From Candidatus Eiseniibacteriota bacterium (GTDB lineage Bacteria; Joyebacterota; Joyebacteria; Joyebacterales; Joyebacteraceae), in NCBI GenBank assembly GCA_030609605.1, contig JAUWBY010000001.1, forward strand, positions 1-41,621: DNA of 41,621 nt. The letters run 5' to 3'. The notes beneath the pieces are model-generated. The model did no database searches. It was not told the origin of the DNA and saw nothing but the letters and a program-made list of their open reading frames with translations. How positions within the stretch are numbered: the first letter of the stretch is position 1; each line of letters opens with the position of its first letter. This document shows, in pieces, positions 8,705 through 18,365 of this stretch. The position numbers and the translations under genes are program-made.

Positions 8705-10411
8705 TCAGGAAAGCGCCGACAGGAGGGCCTCAAGGGTAAGAGTGTTGAGAAGTGATTCAGGGCCGAGCCAGCCCCTTCGGGCGGTATGGACGCCTATGAC
8801 GATCGCCCACATCTGACTGACATCATGCGAATCCGTGCCGAGCGAAAGCTCCACTCCCATCTCGGCTGCTTGCCTGATGTGCACGTCATTCAGGTCGATG
8901 CGCTCATCGTGGCAGTTGATCTCGAGAGCGGTCCCGGTCTCCGCTGCGGCCTCCATCACGCGCTCCATGTCGACACGGTAGGCTTCCCGTCTGCCGATCA
9001 GCCGCCCGGTAGGATGTCCGATGATGTCGACGTGCGGATTCTCCATGGCGGAGATGATGCGACCGGTGATCCTGTCACTCGACTGCTGGAAGCCTGAGTG
9101 GATTGATGCGACAACAACGTCAAGTCGCTCGAGGACCTCGTCAGGATAGTCCACGGATCCATCCGAGAGGATGTCGGCTTCGGTTCCTTTGAGAACCACG
9201 ATGCCTTTGACCCGGCGGTTGACATCGTCGATCTCAAGAGCCTGCTGCTCCAGTCTCTCGATCGACAGACCGTTGGCTATTTTGAGAGACCTGGAGTGGT
9301 CGCTCACGATGATGTACTCGTAGCCTCGCGCTTCCGCCGCCCGGGCCACCTCTTCAATCGTTGAGCTCCCATCGCTCCATACGGAGTGCATGTGCAGGTC
9401 TCCTCGAATGTCCTCCATCTCGACGAGACGCGGCAGCCTTCCCTCGATCGCCGCCTCAACTTCTCCGCGGTCCTCCCTGAGTTCCGGCGGCACCCACGCC
9501 ATCCCGAGCTTGCGGTAGACGGCCCTCTCGGTGCGTGAGGACAGCTTCTCCTCGCCCTTGAAGAGGCCGTACTCGTTGAGCTTGAGACCCTGTTCCCTGG
9601 CAAGGGCACGCAACCGGACGTTGTGCTCCTTCGAGCCGGTGAAGTACATGAGGGCGGCCCCCCACTCGCTCTTTGACACAACGCGGAGATCAACCTGAAG
9701 CGTCTCCTCGATCCTGACGCTCGCCTTGGTCGATCCGGATGCAAGGATCTCTTCAACACCAGGCATTGAAGTGAAGGCCTCGATGGTGGCCTCAGGACTT
9801 CCCCCTGTGACGAGGAGATCGACATCCCCGATCGTCTCCTTCCAGCGTCGCATCGAGCCTGCTGCGCTGACCTCAGTCACACCGGGGACCTTCTGCAGCT
9901 CGGCTTTCACCATCTCAGCGAGCGAAAGAGCCGTACCGATAAGCATCCGACCCGCACCCGACTCGTACGCACGGATCCCCGCTTGAATCCTCTCTATCCT
10001 CTTCTCCCCCATGCCGGGGAGCGCCAGCAGCTTCTCGCTGTGGACTCTTCGCTTGAGTTCCCTAAGGGAGCGGATGTTCAGCTCGCGCCAGAAGAGACCG
10101 ACTGTCTTGGGACCGAGACCGGATATGGCGAGAAGTTCCAGAAGCCCTTTCGGGATCTCCGCCTTCGCCTGCTCGTAGCTCCCGATCGTCCCGGTCTCCA
10201 GGTACTCGGAGATTGCCGCCGCCGTGCCCTTGCCGATGCCGGGAATTCCCGTGATCTCGCCGGACTCGATGAGGCCGGCCACGTCGACCGTGAGTTCCTC
10301 AAGGGCACGGGCCACGCGACGGTACGCGTTCACGCGGAACCGATTCACATTCTGGATCTCCAGGATATTTGCGAGCGCTTCGAAGAGGTGCGCGATCTCG
10401 CGGTTTTTCAT
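8705..10411 (-). CDS. polX: Family X DNA polymerase with C-terminal PHP phosphoesterase domain (PolX)
   Basis: N-terminus [19 protein letters not shown]...[15 protein letters not shown], HhH motifs (GIGKGTA, GLGPKT) and palm GS.RR..ET.GDVDLLV. PHP domain has GDLHMHS, SDHS and GTDSH. Confidence 0.85.
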   Translation of the reverse strand: MKNREIAHLFEALANILEIQNVNRFRVNAYRRVARALEELTVDVAGLIESGEITGIPGIGKGTAAAISEYLETGTIGSYEQAKAEIPKGLLELLAISGLGPKTVGLFWRELNIRSLRELKRRVHSEKLLALPGMGEKRIERIQAGIRAYESGAGRMLIGTALSLAEMVKAELQKVPGVTEVSAAGSMRRWKETIGDVDLLVTGGSPEATIEAFTSMPGVEEILASGSTKASVRIEETLQVDLRVVSKSEWGAALMYFTGSKEHNVRLRALAREQGLKLNEYGLFKGEEKLSSRTERAVYRKLGMAWVPPELREDRGEVEAAIEGRLPRLVEMEDIRGDLHMHSVWSDGSSTIEEVARAAEARGYEYIIVSDHSRSLKIANGLSIERLEQQALEIDDVNRRVKGIVVLKGTEADILSDGSVDYPDEVLERLDVVVASIHSGFQQSSDRITGRIISAMENPHVDIIGHPTGRLIGRREAYRVDMERVMEAAAETGTALEINCHDERIDLNDVHIRQAAEMGVELSLGTDSHDVSQMWAIVIGVHTARRGWLGPESLLNTLTLEALLSALS

Positions 10412-10417
10412 CGGAAC

Positions 10418-11905
10418 TCAGCCTTTGACAACGCCCAGTGGTTTCAGTCGGACGACTTTGCGCGCGATGCCGGTCCGATCCATGACATCGACGACATCGG
10501 AGACGTTCTTGTACGCCGACGGCATCTCCTCTGCAAGTGTTGCCTTGCCCTTGGCCGTCACGTAGACGCCCATCCGTCTCAGTTCATCGGCAAGATTCCT
10601 GCCGCGCGCTGCCTTCCTGGCCTTGGTCCTCGACATCACGCGGCCCGCTCCGTGACAGCAGCTTCCGAAGGTCTCATCCAGCGCGGTGTGGGTTCCCGCA
10701 GAGACGAACGAGTGTGTTCCCATGTCTCCCGGAATGAGCACCGGCTGTCCCGCCGACCGGTAGCAGTCCGGCACGTCATCGTGGTCACCGGGGAACGCTC
10801 TCGTCGCTCCCTTCCGGTGAATGCAGAGAAGCTTCTCTCTGTCTCCCACTCTGTGGCGTTCCATCTTGGCGATGTTGTGGCAGACATCATAGACAAGCCT
10901 CAGCCCCAACTCCTCCTCGGTCGCCTTCATCACTCCCGCGATCGATCGCTTCGCGAGGACCATCATCACTTGCCGATTCGCCCACGCGTAGTTGGCGGCG
11001 CAGGCCATGGCCGAGAGATAGCGTTTGCCCTCGGGAGATTCGATCGGAGCGCACGCGAGTTGACGATCGGGGAGATCGATCCCGTACTTCGGAACCGCAT
11101 TCTGCATTACGTCGAGGTAGTCGTCGCAGACCTGATACCCGAGTCCGCGTGATCCGGAGTGGATCATCAGTGTCACGTGGCCTCGCTCGAGCCCGAAGGC
11201 AGCCGCTCGCGCCTCATCGTAGACTTCGTCGACGAAACCAAGTTCCATGAAGTGATTGCCGGACCCAAGCGTCCCTACTTGCGACCTCCCACGCTCGATC
11301 GCACGCTTGCCGACCGTTGACGGATCGGCCGAAGAGAGACAACCGTCCTCCTCGGTGTGATCCAGATCTGTCTCTGTACCGTAACCCCGCATCACCGCCC
11401 ATCGCGCACCATCGGCCATCACGTCTCTGACGTCTCTTTGAGAAAGCCTTCCGATCGCCCCGCTGGAACCGAGACCGCACGGCACATCGCGGAAGAGCGC
11501 ATTGACGAGTTCGGGAATGCGGCCTTCGATATTCTCTCGTCGCATCGTGCTTGCCACAAGGCGGACCCCGCAGTTGATGTCATAGCCGACACCGCCCGGA
11601 GACACGACACCACCCTCGGATGGATCGGTGGCCGCGACACCGCCTATCGGGAAACCGTAGCCCCAGTGAATATCGGGCATCGCGAGGGAGTAACGCACCA
11701 CGCCGGGAAGATGTGCCACGTTGACAACCTGCTCGATGCCCTTGTCACTCAGGATCTGCGGCAGAAGCTTCTCGTCCGCGTAGACACGTCCCGGAACGCG
11801 CATCCCTCCCGATCGAGCAATCTCCCACACGCAGTCGGCGACCTCTGTCAGATCGCCGCGCGAGGTCGAACGGCTCTTACTTTCGCCCCTGCTGCCGGAA
11901 GGCAT
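10418..11905 (-). CDS. rtcB: RNA 3'-phosphate ligase RtcB
   Basis: RtcB motifs MPDIHWGYGFPIGGVAA, GVGYDINCGVR, GSGNHF, HSGSRGLG, VCHNIA, PGDMG and CHGAGR. Start set at ATG 11905, 11 nt after the archease stop; the ORF is open to 11947. Confidence 0.9.
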   Translation of the reverse strand: MPSGSRGESKSRSTSRGDLTEVADCVWEIARSGGMRVPGRVYADEKLLPQILSDKGIEQVVNVAHLPGVVRYSLAMPDIHWGYGFPIGGVAATDPSEGGVVSPGGVGYDINCGVRLVASTMRRENIEGRIPELVNALFRDVPCGLGSSGAIGRLSQRDVRDVMADGARWAVMRGYGTETDLDHTEEDGCLSSADPSTVGKRAIERGRSQVGTLGSGNHFMELGFVDEVYDEARAAAFGLERGHVTLMIHSGSRGLGYQVCDDYLDVMQNAVPKYGIDLPDRQLACAPIESPEGKRYLSAMACAANYAWANRQVMMVLAKRSIAGVMKATEEELGLRLVYDVCHNIAKMERHRVGDREKLLCIHRKGATRAFPGDHDDVPDCYRSAGQPVLIPGDMGTHSFVSAGTHTALDETFGSCCHGAGRVMSRTKARKAARGRNLADELRRMGVYVTAKGKATLAEEMPSAYKNVSDVVDVMDRTGIARKVVRLKPLGVVKG

Positions 11906-11916
11906 ATCTGCTCCGA

Positions 11917-12372
11917 TCACGTATCGAAGATGACACGAACCAGCCAACCCTCCGGCGTCTCCTCGACGCGGAGGGAATGATATGTGGGCGCCTTGATCTC
12001 GACACGGACCGCGTGGCGGCCCGCGTCGATTCTCTCCCCATGGACCAGTGCTACAATGTGAGACCCACCTCCCACTCCACGCCCCTCGACGTTGAGCTCC
12101 TCAATCTTGAATCGAGAGAGAAGAACCTCCTCGGAAGTGGACGTGTAGAGCAACTCGGAGAGCCATCTGATCATCAGGTGCTCGAGATCTCCGGGCCTTC
12201 CTTCCACCGTCAGCCGGCGCGACCACCCGGAGCCAACCCCGTCGAGAGGGCAGATGAGGTCGAACATGCACGCTGCAGTGCGCTCAAACGCCGACACAAG
12301 ATCGCGCGCCCGAAGCTCCACTCCCACATCGGCGGTGTGGTCGATCTCAGTGTAGTGAGGGCGCTCTGCCAC
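11917..12372 (-). CDS. Archease (RtcB activator)
   Basis: EIDHTADVGVEL N-terminal signature, VEIKAPTYH near the C-terminus, 151 aa, immediately upstream of rtcB. Confidence 0.85.
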   Translation of the reverse strand: MAERPHYTEIDHTADVGVELRARDLVSAFERTAACMFDLICPLDGVGSGWSRRLTVEGRPGDLEHLMIRWLSELLYTSTSEEVLLSRFKIEELNVEGRGVGGGSHIVALVHGERIDAGRHAVRVEIKAPTYHSLRVEETPEGWLVRVIFDT

Positions 12373-12396
12373 GGAGTGACCCCTCTGCTCGAGTTG

Positions 12397-14286
12397 CTAG
12401 CCGGCTCCCCCACCGCCACCACCACCGCCACCGCCACCGCCGCCGGTTCCACCGCCACCGGTTCCGCTCGCTGAGCTCATCGCGCTTCCTGCAACCGTGA
12501 CCATGCTCGAGAGCCCCTCAGCAAGGCCGGAGATCCCGCTCATGCTGTCCCCGAGGCTGCTCGTGGCAGCGCCGTAGTACCATCCGTGCGCGAAGCTCCG
12601 ACCAGCCGCCTGCTCCATGTTGGGAAGGAGCGGCTCAAGCTGCTTCAGAACCTCCTTGGCGACACCGAGAGTTGTTGCATAGATGAGGAAGTGCTCCCAG
12701 AGCACGAGCGATTGCGGAGGCGCCTCATCCAGTGTGGAGAAGTGAAGAAGGTACCGCTTGAGCGCTTGCCATTTCTTGAATTCCAGCCCTGCCTCGAGCG
12801 ACCTGCGTTTGACGAGCGTTGAGAGAAGTAGAATCGCCAATCCGGCAGCGGAAGCGATGAGCGCGTACGGGGTCTCTGCTGATCTTGCGATCGCGAAACC
12901 CAGCAGCATCGTGACGACACCGATCGCGGCACAGGCATAGCACATAACGGTGCTCTTCCGTTCGAGAAGCCCCTCTGCCTGTGACTTCTTGACGATGCGT
13001 TTCTTCCACTTCTTGAACCAGCTCTGGAATCTGGTCGAGTGCTTCTGCGCCTCTTTCTTGAAGGCGTTCAGTGACAGTTTGTCGCCGTCGACGCAAGCCG
13101 CGCTGAACAGAAAAAGCATCAGGTCCGACTCGTACGAATTCAGAGCCGAGAGATCCTTGTTCACCCACTCGAGGACGTAGTCCTTGCCACCACCCAGAAG
13201 ATTGAGGAGTCCGTGTTTCTCCTCGACCGTCTCAGTGATGGTGATGTATCCGCCCTTCGCCAGGTCGAGGATGGTCGCTACCATGTCGCTCGCGCCGACC
13301 TCACCGGAACGGTAGAGGTAACCGACCTCTGCCGGTGGACGGTCGGACGGAAGCTCCCGGAAGTAATCGCCGTCGAACCCCACCTTGTGTTCACGCCCGT
13401 GCTTCAGGAAAATGACGGTCCACGCACCTAGTGCCAGGACGGACACGATGATCGCCGCGATGAGCCCGGCTCGCGCCCGCGCAGCTCGACCGGCGACATA
13501 TCGCTGCGCCTCCACCCTTTTGCGATTAGCCTCCTCAACAAGAAGCTTCTCCTCACCAAAGGTCGTATCCCATATCGAACCCCGCTCACGCCTGGTAGCA
13601 TCCGGAACAAGCTCGGGTGGAAAGAGGATGCGCAGTTCAACAAACCTGCCCGGTCTCAAGTTGTTGACCCAGAAGCTGACGGTCCTCTCATCCTCGATCG
13701 TACACTCGCTCGTCAGGTTCGCATGGAGCCACACCCGCAGGCGGTCCTTGTCCCCACCGGGTGGAAAATGGATGCGCCCCGTAACACGATTCGTCCGGAT
13801 GTCCCAGTCCTCACCGATGAACTTCCAGTAGAGCACGGCGAAGTCGTCGTGAACGACGACCGCATCGTGAACCGTATATGAGATGTCGAAGGTGCGCTGT
13901 TCGTCGGCGGCGCGGTAGAACCACTTGGCGTAGGCGTAGCGGGATTTGTAGTCGTAGTGGACATAGCTTGTCCCTGGAGGCCGCTCATCATCAAGGGTCC
14001 TGGGATTGCCCGGAGTGTAGGCAACGCCGTTCTCCCCCACCACGACGTCAGTGATAGCAACGTTGTCCCCAGAGGATGACTTCTTCTCGACCTGGAAGAA
14101 GGCGTAGGTGAAATCACCGTCGAAACTGAATGTGCGCGCCTCGCGGAACTCGAAGCTTCCATCCGGCCTGACGGTGATATCTATGTCCACGTCGGAGATG
14201 TAGTAGCTCTTGGCCTCAGCCGGACCATGCGCAATGGTCGCCAGGAAAATGAGCGCCAGGAAGAAGATCACCACTGCTCGCCGCAT
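12397..14286 (-). CDS. DUF2207-type membrane protein with Gly-rich C-terminal tail
   Basis: ATG at 14286 (MRRAVVIFFLALIFLA..., AGGAGG upstream). N-terminal extracytoplasmic domain YYISDVDIDITVRPDGSFEFREARTFSFDG.F, central TM helices, and a poly-Gly tail. Confidence 0.75.
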   Translation of the reverse strand: MRRAVVIFFLALIFLATIAHGPAEAKSYYISDVDIDITVRPDGSFEFREARTFSFDGDFTYAFFQVEKKSSSGDNVAITDVVVGENGVAYTPGNPRTLDDERPPGTSYVHYDYKSRYAYAKWFYRAADEQRTFDISYTVHDAVVVHDDFAVLYWKFIGEDWDIRTNRVTGRIHFPPGGDKDRLRVWLHANLTSECTIEDERTVSFWVNNLRPGRFVELRILFPPELVPDATRRERGSIWDTTFGEEKLLVEEANRKRVEAQRYVAGRAARARAGLIAAIIVSVLALGAWTVIFLKHGREHKVGFDGDYFRELPSDRPPAEVGYLYRSGEVGASDMVATILDLAKGGYITITETVEEKHGLLNLLGGGKDYVLEWVNKDLSALNSYESDLMLFLFSAACVDGDKLSLNAFKKEAQKHSTRFQSWFKKWKKRIVKKSQAEGLLERKSTVMCYACAAIGVVTMLLGFAIARSAETPYALIASAAGLAILLLSTLVKRRSLEAGLEFKKWQALKRYLLHFSTLDEAPPQSLVLWEHFLIYATTLGVAKEVLKQLEPLLPNMEQAAGRSFAHGWYYGAATSSLGDSMSGISGLAEGLSSMVTVAGSAMSSASGTGGGGTGGGGGGGGGGGGGAG

Positions 14287-14299
14287 ACCTACCTCCTGT

Positions 14300-14370
14300 C
14301 TATGCGCCCACAGCCCAATCGGGCGCACCTATGCGCCCACAGCCCAATTGGGCGCACCTATACGCCCACC
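14300..14370. repeat. About 2.4 tandem copies of a 29-bp unit, each containing an internal palindrome, in the pmbA/DUF2207 intergenic gap
   Basis: CTATGCGCCCACAGCCCAATCGGGCGCAC (14300-14328) and CTATGCGCCCACAGCCCAATTGGGCGCAC (14329-14357), then a partial copy. Unit 2 contains the perfect 12-bp palindrome GCCCAATTGGGC. Confidence 0.9.
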
Positions 14371-15731
14371 TATGACTTGGTCGCGATCGTGACGTTTCTC
14401 AGAACCACGTACGGATACCAGTGAGTCCCGATGCCGCCGAGAAGCCCTGTGAGCTCGACGTCTTTGGACAGCGCGACCAGGTTCTTCCGGAAGAGCTTGT
14501 AGATGTTGCCGGAGATCATAGCGTCCTTCACGCGCCCGGTCGTCTTACCATCTTCGATCTTGAGTCCGTACGCAAGATTCCCGCCGAACTCGCCGGCGAT
14601 GAGATTGGACATCAGAAGACCCATGATGCTGTCGACAAGCACGCCGCTCCCGATCTCGGACAGGAGCTCCTCGTGCGACTTCTCGCCGCCCTCCATCACC
14701 CAGTTGGTTATCTCTGGCGCGGGAGCCTTGCCCAGCTCCTTTGCGCCGATGAGACGTTTCGCCTTAAGGCCGTTGCCTGTATCCGCGTGGTTCAACTTGC
14801 GCGCCGTTCTGAGGTCGGTCAGGTAGCTCCTGAGCACACCCGACTCCACCAGCGTCGTCGTCTGCATCGGAACGCCCTCATCGTCAAAGGGCGCCGACCT
14901 GTACCCACCGGACCTGAGGCCGTCGTCGCGTATCGTTATCCTCTCATCGAAGATACGCTCCCCCAGTTTCCCAACCAGAGGCGAGATACCCTGCTCGACA
15001 TAGGCTCCGCTGACACCGAAGTTCAGGGTGAGCATGATGTCAGCCACGGCTCTGGGCGTGAGGATGACGGTGGTCTTGCCGGTGGCCAGATCTACATTCG
15101 TCCGCGCCCTTTTGAACTCATCCACGGCATTCTTGTACAACCCGTCGAAATCGACGTCAAGCGCCGTACCACCGGAATAGGCGCCTGCGTCGAGCATGTT
15201 TGTGCCCTCGACAAGTCGTCCATGTACGTAGAACTGATACTGAGTCCGCTCGAACTCCGCATCGACGCCGTCCGAGTTGAGAACCTGGATGGTCTGCATG
15301 TTTCGGGAAGTGCCTGACTCAGCCTGGATGCTTTTCTCGTAATCGAGCAGACGCGCAATGCCTGCCTCCGAGTGCTTCATCATCTCGTCGACGGAGAGTT
15401 CCGCGATGGCCTTATCGAAGAATCGGGAGTCGGGCAGATCACCGGCAACGGCGAAATCGAATTCTATGTAGTCACCACACAATGCCGTGGCGAGCGCGTC
15501 GTCTACAAGCCGATCCAGGTCGGTGAGCTTGGTCGTCGTGGCGAAGCCCAGCTTCCCATCCTTGACCAGTCTCAGAGCGACACCTGTCTCCTCGGTATTG
15601 GCCAACTCCTTGAGTCGTCCGGCCTCGTAGCTCACCTCTGTCTGGAGCGAGTTCAGGTAGAAGACCTCGGCCCTGGCGGCCCCTCTCCTGAGAGCTCTTT
15701 CGATGATCTTCTTCACCCTACTCACCTCCAA
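14370..15731 (-). CDS. pmbA: PmbA/TldE family metalloprotease subunit
   Basis: TldD/PmbA-fold sequence without an HExxxH motif, with an N-terminus typical of PmbA (A..AEVF..........V....L...........GVALRLV.DGKLGFATT). Overlaps tldD by 14 nt. Confidence 0.8.
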   Translation of the reverse strand: MEVSRVKKIIERALRRGAARAEVFYLNSLQTEVSYEAGRLKELANTEETGVALRLVKDGKLGFATTTKLTDLDRLVDDALATALCGDYIEFDFAVAGDLPDSRFFDKAIAELSVDEMMKHSEAGIARLLDYEKSIQAESGTSRNMQTIQVLNSDGVDAEFERTQYQFYVHGRLVEGTNMLDAGAYSGGTALDVDFDGLYKNAVDEFKRARTNVDLATGKTTVILTPRAVADIMLTLNFGVSGAYVEQGISPLVGKLGERIFDERITIRDDGLRSGGYRSAPFDDEGVPMQTTTLVESGVLRSYLTDLRTARKLNHADTGNGLKAKRLIGAKELGKAPAPEITNWVMEGGEKSHEELLSEIGSGVLVDSIMGLLMSNLIAGEFGGNLAYGLKIEDGKTTGRVKDAMISGNIYKLFRKNLVALSKDVELTGLLGGIGTHWYPYVVLRNVTIATKS

Positions 15732-17088
15732 TCACGACGTTCCGAATCCTGACGTGTGGGGAACCGTGGGTGACGGGCAGTGGGAACTGCCCCGCCTTGC
15801 CGCATCCTCCGCCACCGTCGTGCGCCGCAAGGTCGTTCGCGATGAGATCGATATTCTCGAGAGTGGTAAAGACGTTTCCGGTGAGTGTGACGTCCCGCAC
15901 CTGCTCCGCCAGCTTCCCATCGCGGATCATGCGGGCGTTGGCAGCCGTGAACGTGAACATCTCGCCGTTCGTCTGCCCACCCGATGCCGAGATGCAGTAG
16001 ACGCCGTAGTCGATACCGGCAATCATCTCGTCGAACGTGGCCTCTCCTTGAGCGATGCACGTGTTCCGCATCCGCGGGATCGGCGGGAAACGGTAGTCGA
16101 GGCACCGTGCATTCCCCGTCGGCTTCTCCCCCATCTTGCCTGCGGTCTCGCGCGAGTGAAGCCTTCCAACCAGCTCCCCCTCTCGAATCAGGTAGGTCTT
16201 CTCGGTCGCCACACCCTCATCATCATAGACCAAGTGACCACGCAAGCCCCTGTCCAGCCCGGTATCGTAGACGTTGAGGAAGCTCCCGCCGAACCTCCGT
16301 CCAAGCTTCATGACCTTCTGGAGGTTCTCATCCTCGTACACGTTGTCGCCTTCGGACAGGTGTCCGAAGGCCTCATGGACAAAGACCCCGGCGAGTCGCG
16401 GATCGAGGATCACCGTGTATTCCCCGCCCTTGATCTTGGGGGCGTCCAGCTTACCCAACGCTACTGCACAGGCTTCATCAATCTCTGCTTCCAGTCCCTT
16501 GACGACGCCGAAGTCATCACTCCCACCGAAGCCGACATTGTAGCTCTGAGTGTCGCCGTCGCGTGCCGCCACGGGGCTCACCCGACCACCGATGTCGACG
16601 CGCTCCTGATAGACAAGGCTGCCTTCGCTGCTGCCAAACCAGAACTTGTGGAAGCGGTCAAAATACGTAACGACCGTGCTGGTGACGCCGTCACCGAAAC
16701 CCAGCGCGCGCTTGTTGTACGCCCGCAATATCTCGACTTTCTTCTCCAAGGACACATTCCGGGGATCGCTCCTGAGCTTGACGGGGACATCGGCCACGAC
16801 CGGCTCAGTCTCGGCAAGCCGGCTCACTTCCTTTCCGACGGTCCTGGCCTGATCGACCGCATACTGCGCGAACTCCTCGAGGCGATCTACGCTGTTGAAC
16901 GACGCAAATCCCCACCCTCCCCTGTGAAGAGCGCGCACGTTGCCACCGAAATCCACTCGGCGGCCCAGGTCCGACAGTCGCGGACCATTGAAACCGATGC
17001 AGGATTCCTCAGTCTCCTCGAAATGAACCTCAAGGTAGTCACACTTGTCGGCGAACTTCTTCATCACCTGCTCGATGCGAGATTTCAT
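15718..17088 (-). CDS. tldD: TldD family metalloprotease
   Basis: HEAFGHLSEGD (HExxxH) in a TldD/PmbA-fold protein of 456 aa, paired with pmbA. Confidence 0.85.
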   Translation of the reverse strand: MKSRIEQVMKKFADKCDYLEVHFEETEESCIGFNGPRLSDLGRRVDFGGNVRALHRGGWGFASFNSVDRLEEFAQYAVDQARTVGKEVSRLAETEPVVADVPVKLRSDPRNVSLEKKVEILRAYNKRALGFGDGVTSTVVTYFDRFHKFWFGSSEGSLVYQERVDIGGRVSPVAARDGDTQSYNVGFGGSDDFGVVKGLEAEIDEACAVALGKLDAPKIKGGEYTVILDPRLAGVFVHEAFGHLSEGDNVYEDENLQKVMKLGRRFGGSFLNVYDTGLDRGLRGHLVYDDEGVATEKTYLIREGELVGRLHSRETAGKMGEKPTGNARCLDYRFPPIPRMRNTCIAQGEATFDEMIAGIDYGVYCISASGGQTNGEMFTFTAANARMIRDGKLAEQVRDVTLTGNVFTTLENIDLIANDLAAHDGGGGCGKAGQFPLPVTHGSPHVRIRNVVIGGE

Positions 17089-17540
17089 GAGTCGCTCCTG
17101 GTCGCGTCTGTCGACCCAACCTGCTCTTCAACGAGCTTGATCGTATGGGTCATCTCCGTTCCATTGGCAAGCGTCTGCCCGACCGTGCAATACTTGTCCT
17201 CGGAGAGCTTGACGGCCCTCTCGACCTTGTCCATCGAGAGCCCTTTCCCAAGTACAATGTACTGTACCTCGATCCGCGCGTAGCGCGCGGGATACCCATC
17301 GCTTGGTGTCGCCACCACTCGCACCTCGAGCCCCTCGACAGGCTGGCGCATCTTCTGGAGGATCTCCAGGGTATCGATCCCGGTACAGCCAGCCAATCCC
17401 AGAAGCGGCAGCTCGGACGGGCGGTAGCCATCGCCCTCTCCACCAGCTCCCACACTGGCATCCATCTTCAGCTCACGGCCGGTTCCGTCAACACCAAAGA
17501 ACTTGAAGCCGTCCTTCCAGATTGCCTTCACCTCGTACAT
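17085..17540 (-). CDS. OsmC/Ohr family peroxiredoxin-like protein
   Basis: Two conserved Cys contexts (LLGLAGCTGID and SEDKYCTVGQTL), 151 aa, 4-nt ATGA overlap with tldD. Confidence 0.8.
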   Translation of the reverse strand: MYEVKAIWKDGFKFFGVDGTGRELKMDASVGAGGEGDGYRPSELPLLGLAGCTGIDTLEILQKMRQPVEGLEVRVVATPSDGYPARYARIEVQYIVLGKGLSMDKVERAVKLSEDKYCTVGQTLANGTEMTHTIKLVEEQVGSTDATRSDS

Positions 17541-17582
17541 CCGCCACCTCCACCGTAGAGAACTCGTCTCGTGCGGACATCC

Positions 17583-18257
17583 CTACCAGACCGGCGCCCT
17601 GTACCCAATACCGATGGAGGCAGAGAGCATGCATCCGTCGAGCGATTCCCACTCATCCGCCTCACTTGTCCCCAATATCGCATACGAGTAGTCGACAAAC
17701 GCGTATTCGACACGAAGCGTGATGAAAAACCTGTCACTTCGATAGTAGTCCATCCCGACCGATGCGAGGATGCCGTGGCCGGTCAGTCGGACGTACTCGT
17801 TGTGATGCGCGTAGGACGCGTCGGTCTCCAGATTCTGACGGACGTAGCCGGCACTCAGAAACGGCTGAAAGGGACTGTCCCGGATCATGCAGAACTTGAA
17901 ACCGGCGTACGCCAGATCGAGGTCCCAATCGGCATCTCCGACGGTGTGGTTAGTCTGAAGGGCGCGCCCTTCAAGACAGAGCCTGTCGGCGAAACCGAAG
18001 GACACGCCTAGCCCAAAACCCCAGCCGTTCGTGATCGCATAGTCTCCCACATAGCCATCGCCGAACGGCTCAGCGAATCTGGGGAATTCGACCCAAACCT
18101 CTGCTGTACCCCTCCGAGATGAAGGCACGAAACCTCTGAGACGAGCGTGGGATGCTCCGGGCATGATGGTGAGAAAAAAAAGCGCGAGCACCAGGACTAC
18201 GGCTCGTGTCGGCCGACCGACCGCACGCTTCGCGTCTGTGACAGCTTTGGTCCGCAT
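17583..18257 (-). CDS. Outer-membrane beta-barrel protein (small porin-like family)
   Basis: ATG at 18257 (MRTKAV...VVLVLALFFLTIMPGASHA, signal peptide). Alternating-hydrophobic beta strands and a C-terminal aromatic residue (…GYRAPVW). Confidence 0.55.
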   Translation of the reverse strand: MRTKAVTDAKRAVGRPTRAVVLVLALFFLTIMPGASHARLRGFVPSSRRGTAEVWVEFPRFAEPFGDGYVGDYAITNGWGFGLGVSFGFADRLCLEGRALQTNHTVGDADWDLDLAYAGFKFCMIRDSPFQPFLSAGYVRQNLETDASYAHHNEYVRLTGHGILASVGMDYYRSDRFFITLRVEYAFVDYSYAILGTSEADEWESLDGCMLSASIGIGYRAPVW

Positions 18258-18365
18258 AAGATCTGACTCCAGGAGATCGAAAGGAAGGAGGGCACCACTT
18301 CCAGAAGCACTAGAAAGAGGGTGGACGCTGAGGCCCACCCTCTGCTTGATAGACAAAAGTCGCCT

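Noticed and set aside
9983-11152. 389-aa + strand ORF spanning the polX/rtcB junction
   Set aside because: It is antisense to two well-supported genes and crosses their boundary, so it is not credible as a CDS.
12397-12470. Poly-Gly coding tract (GGGGTGGGGGGGGGGGGGAG) as a possible anomaly
   Set aside because: Gly-rich C-terminal tails are a common feature of DUF2207-family proteins, so this is not unusual.
15703-17283. 526-aa + strand ORF
   Set aside because: It is antisense to tldD, which carries HEAFGH and family-wide similarity. This is a typical long spurious ORF in GC-rich DNA.
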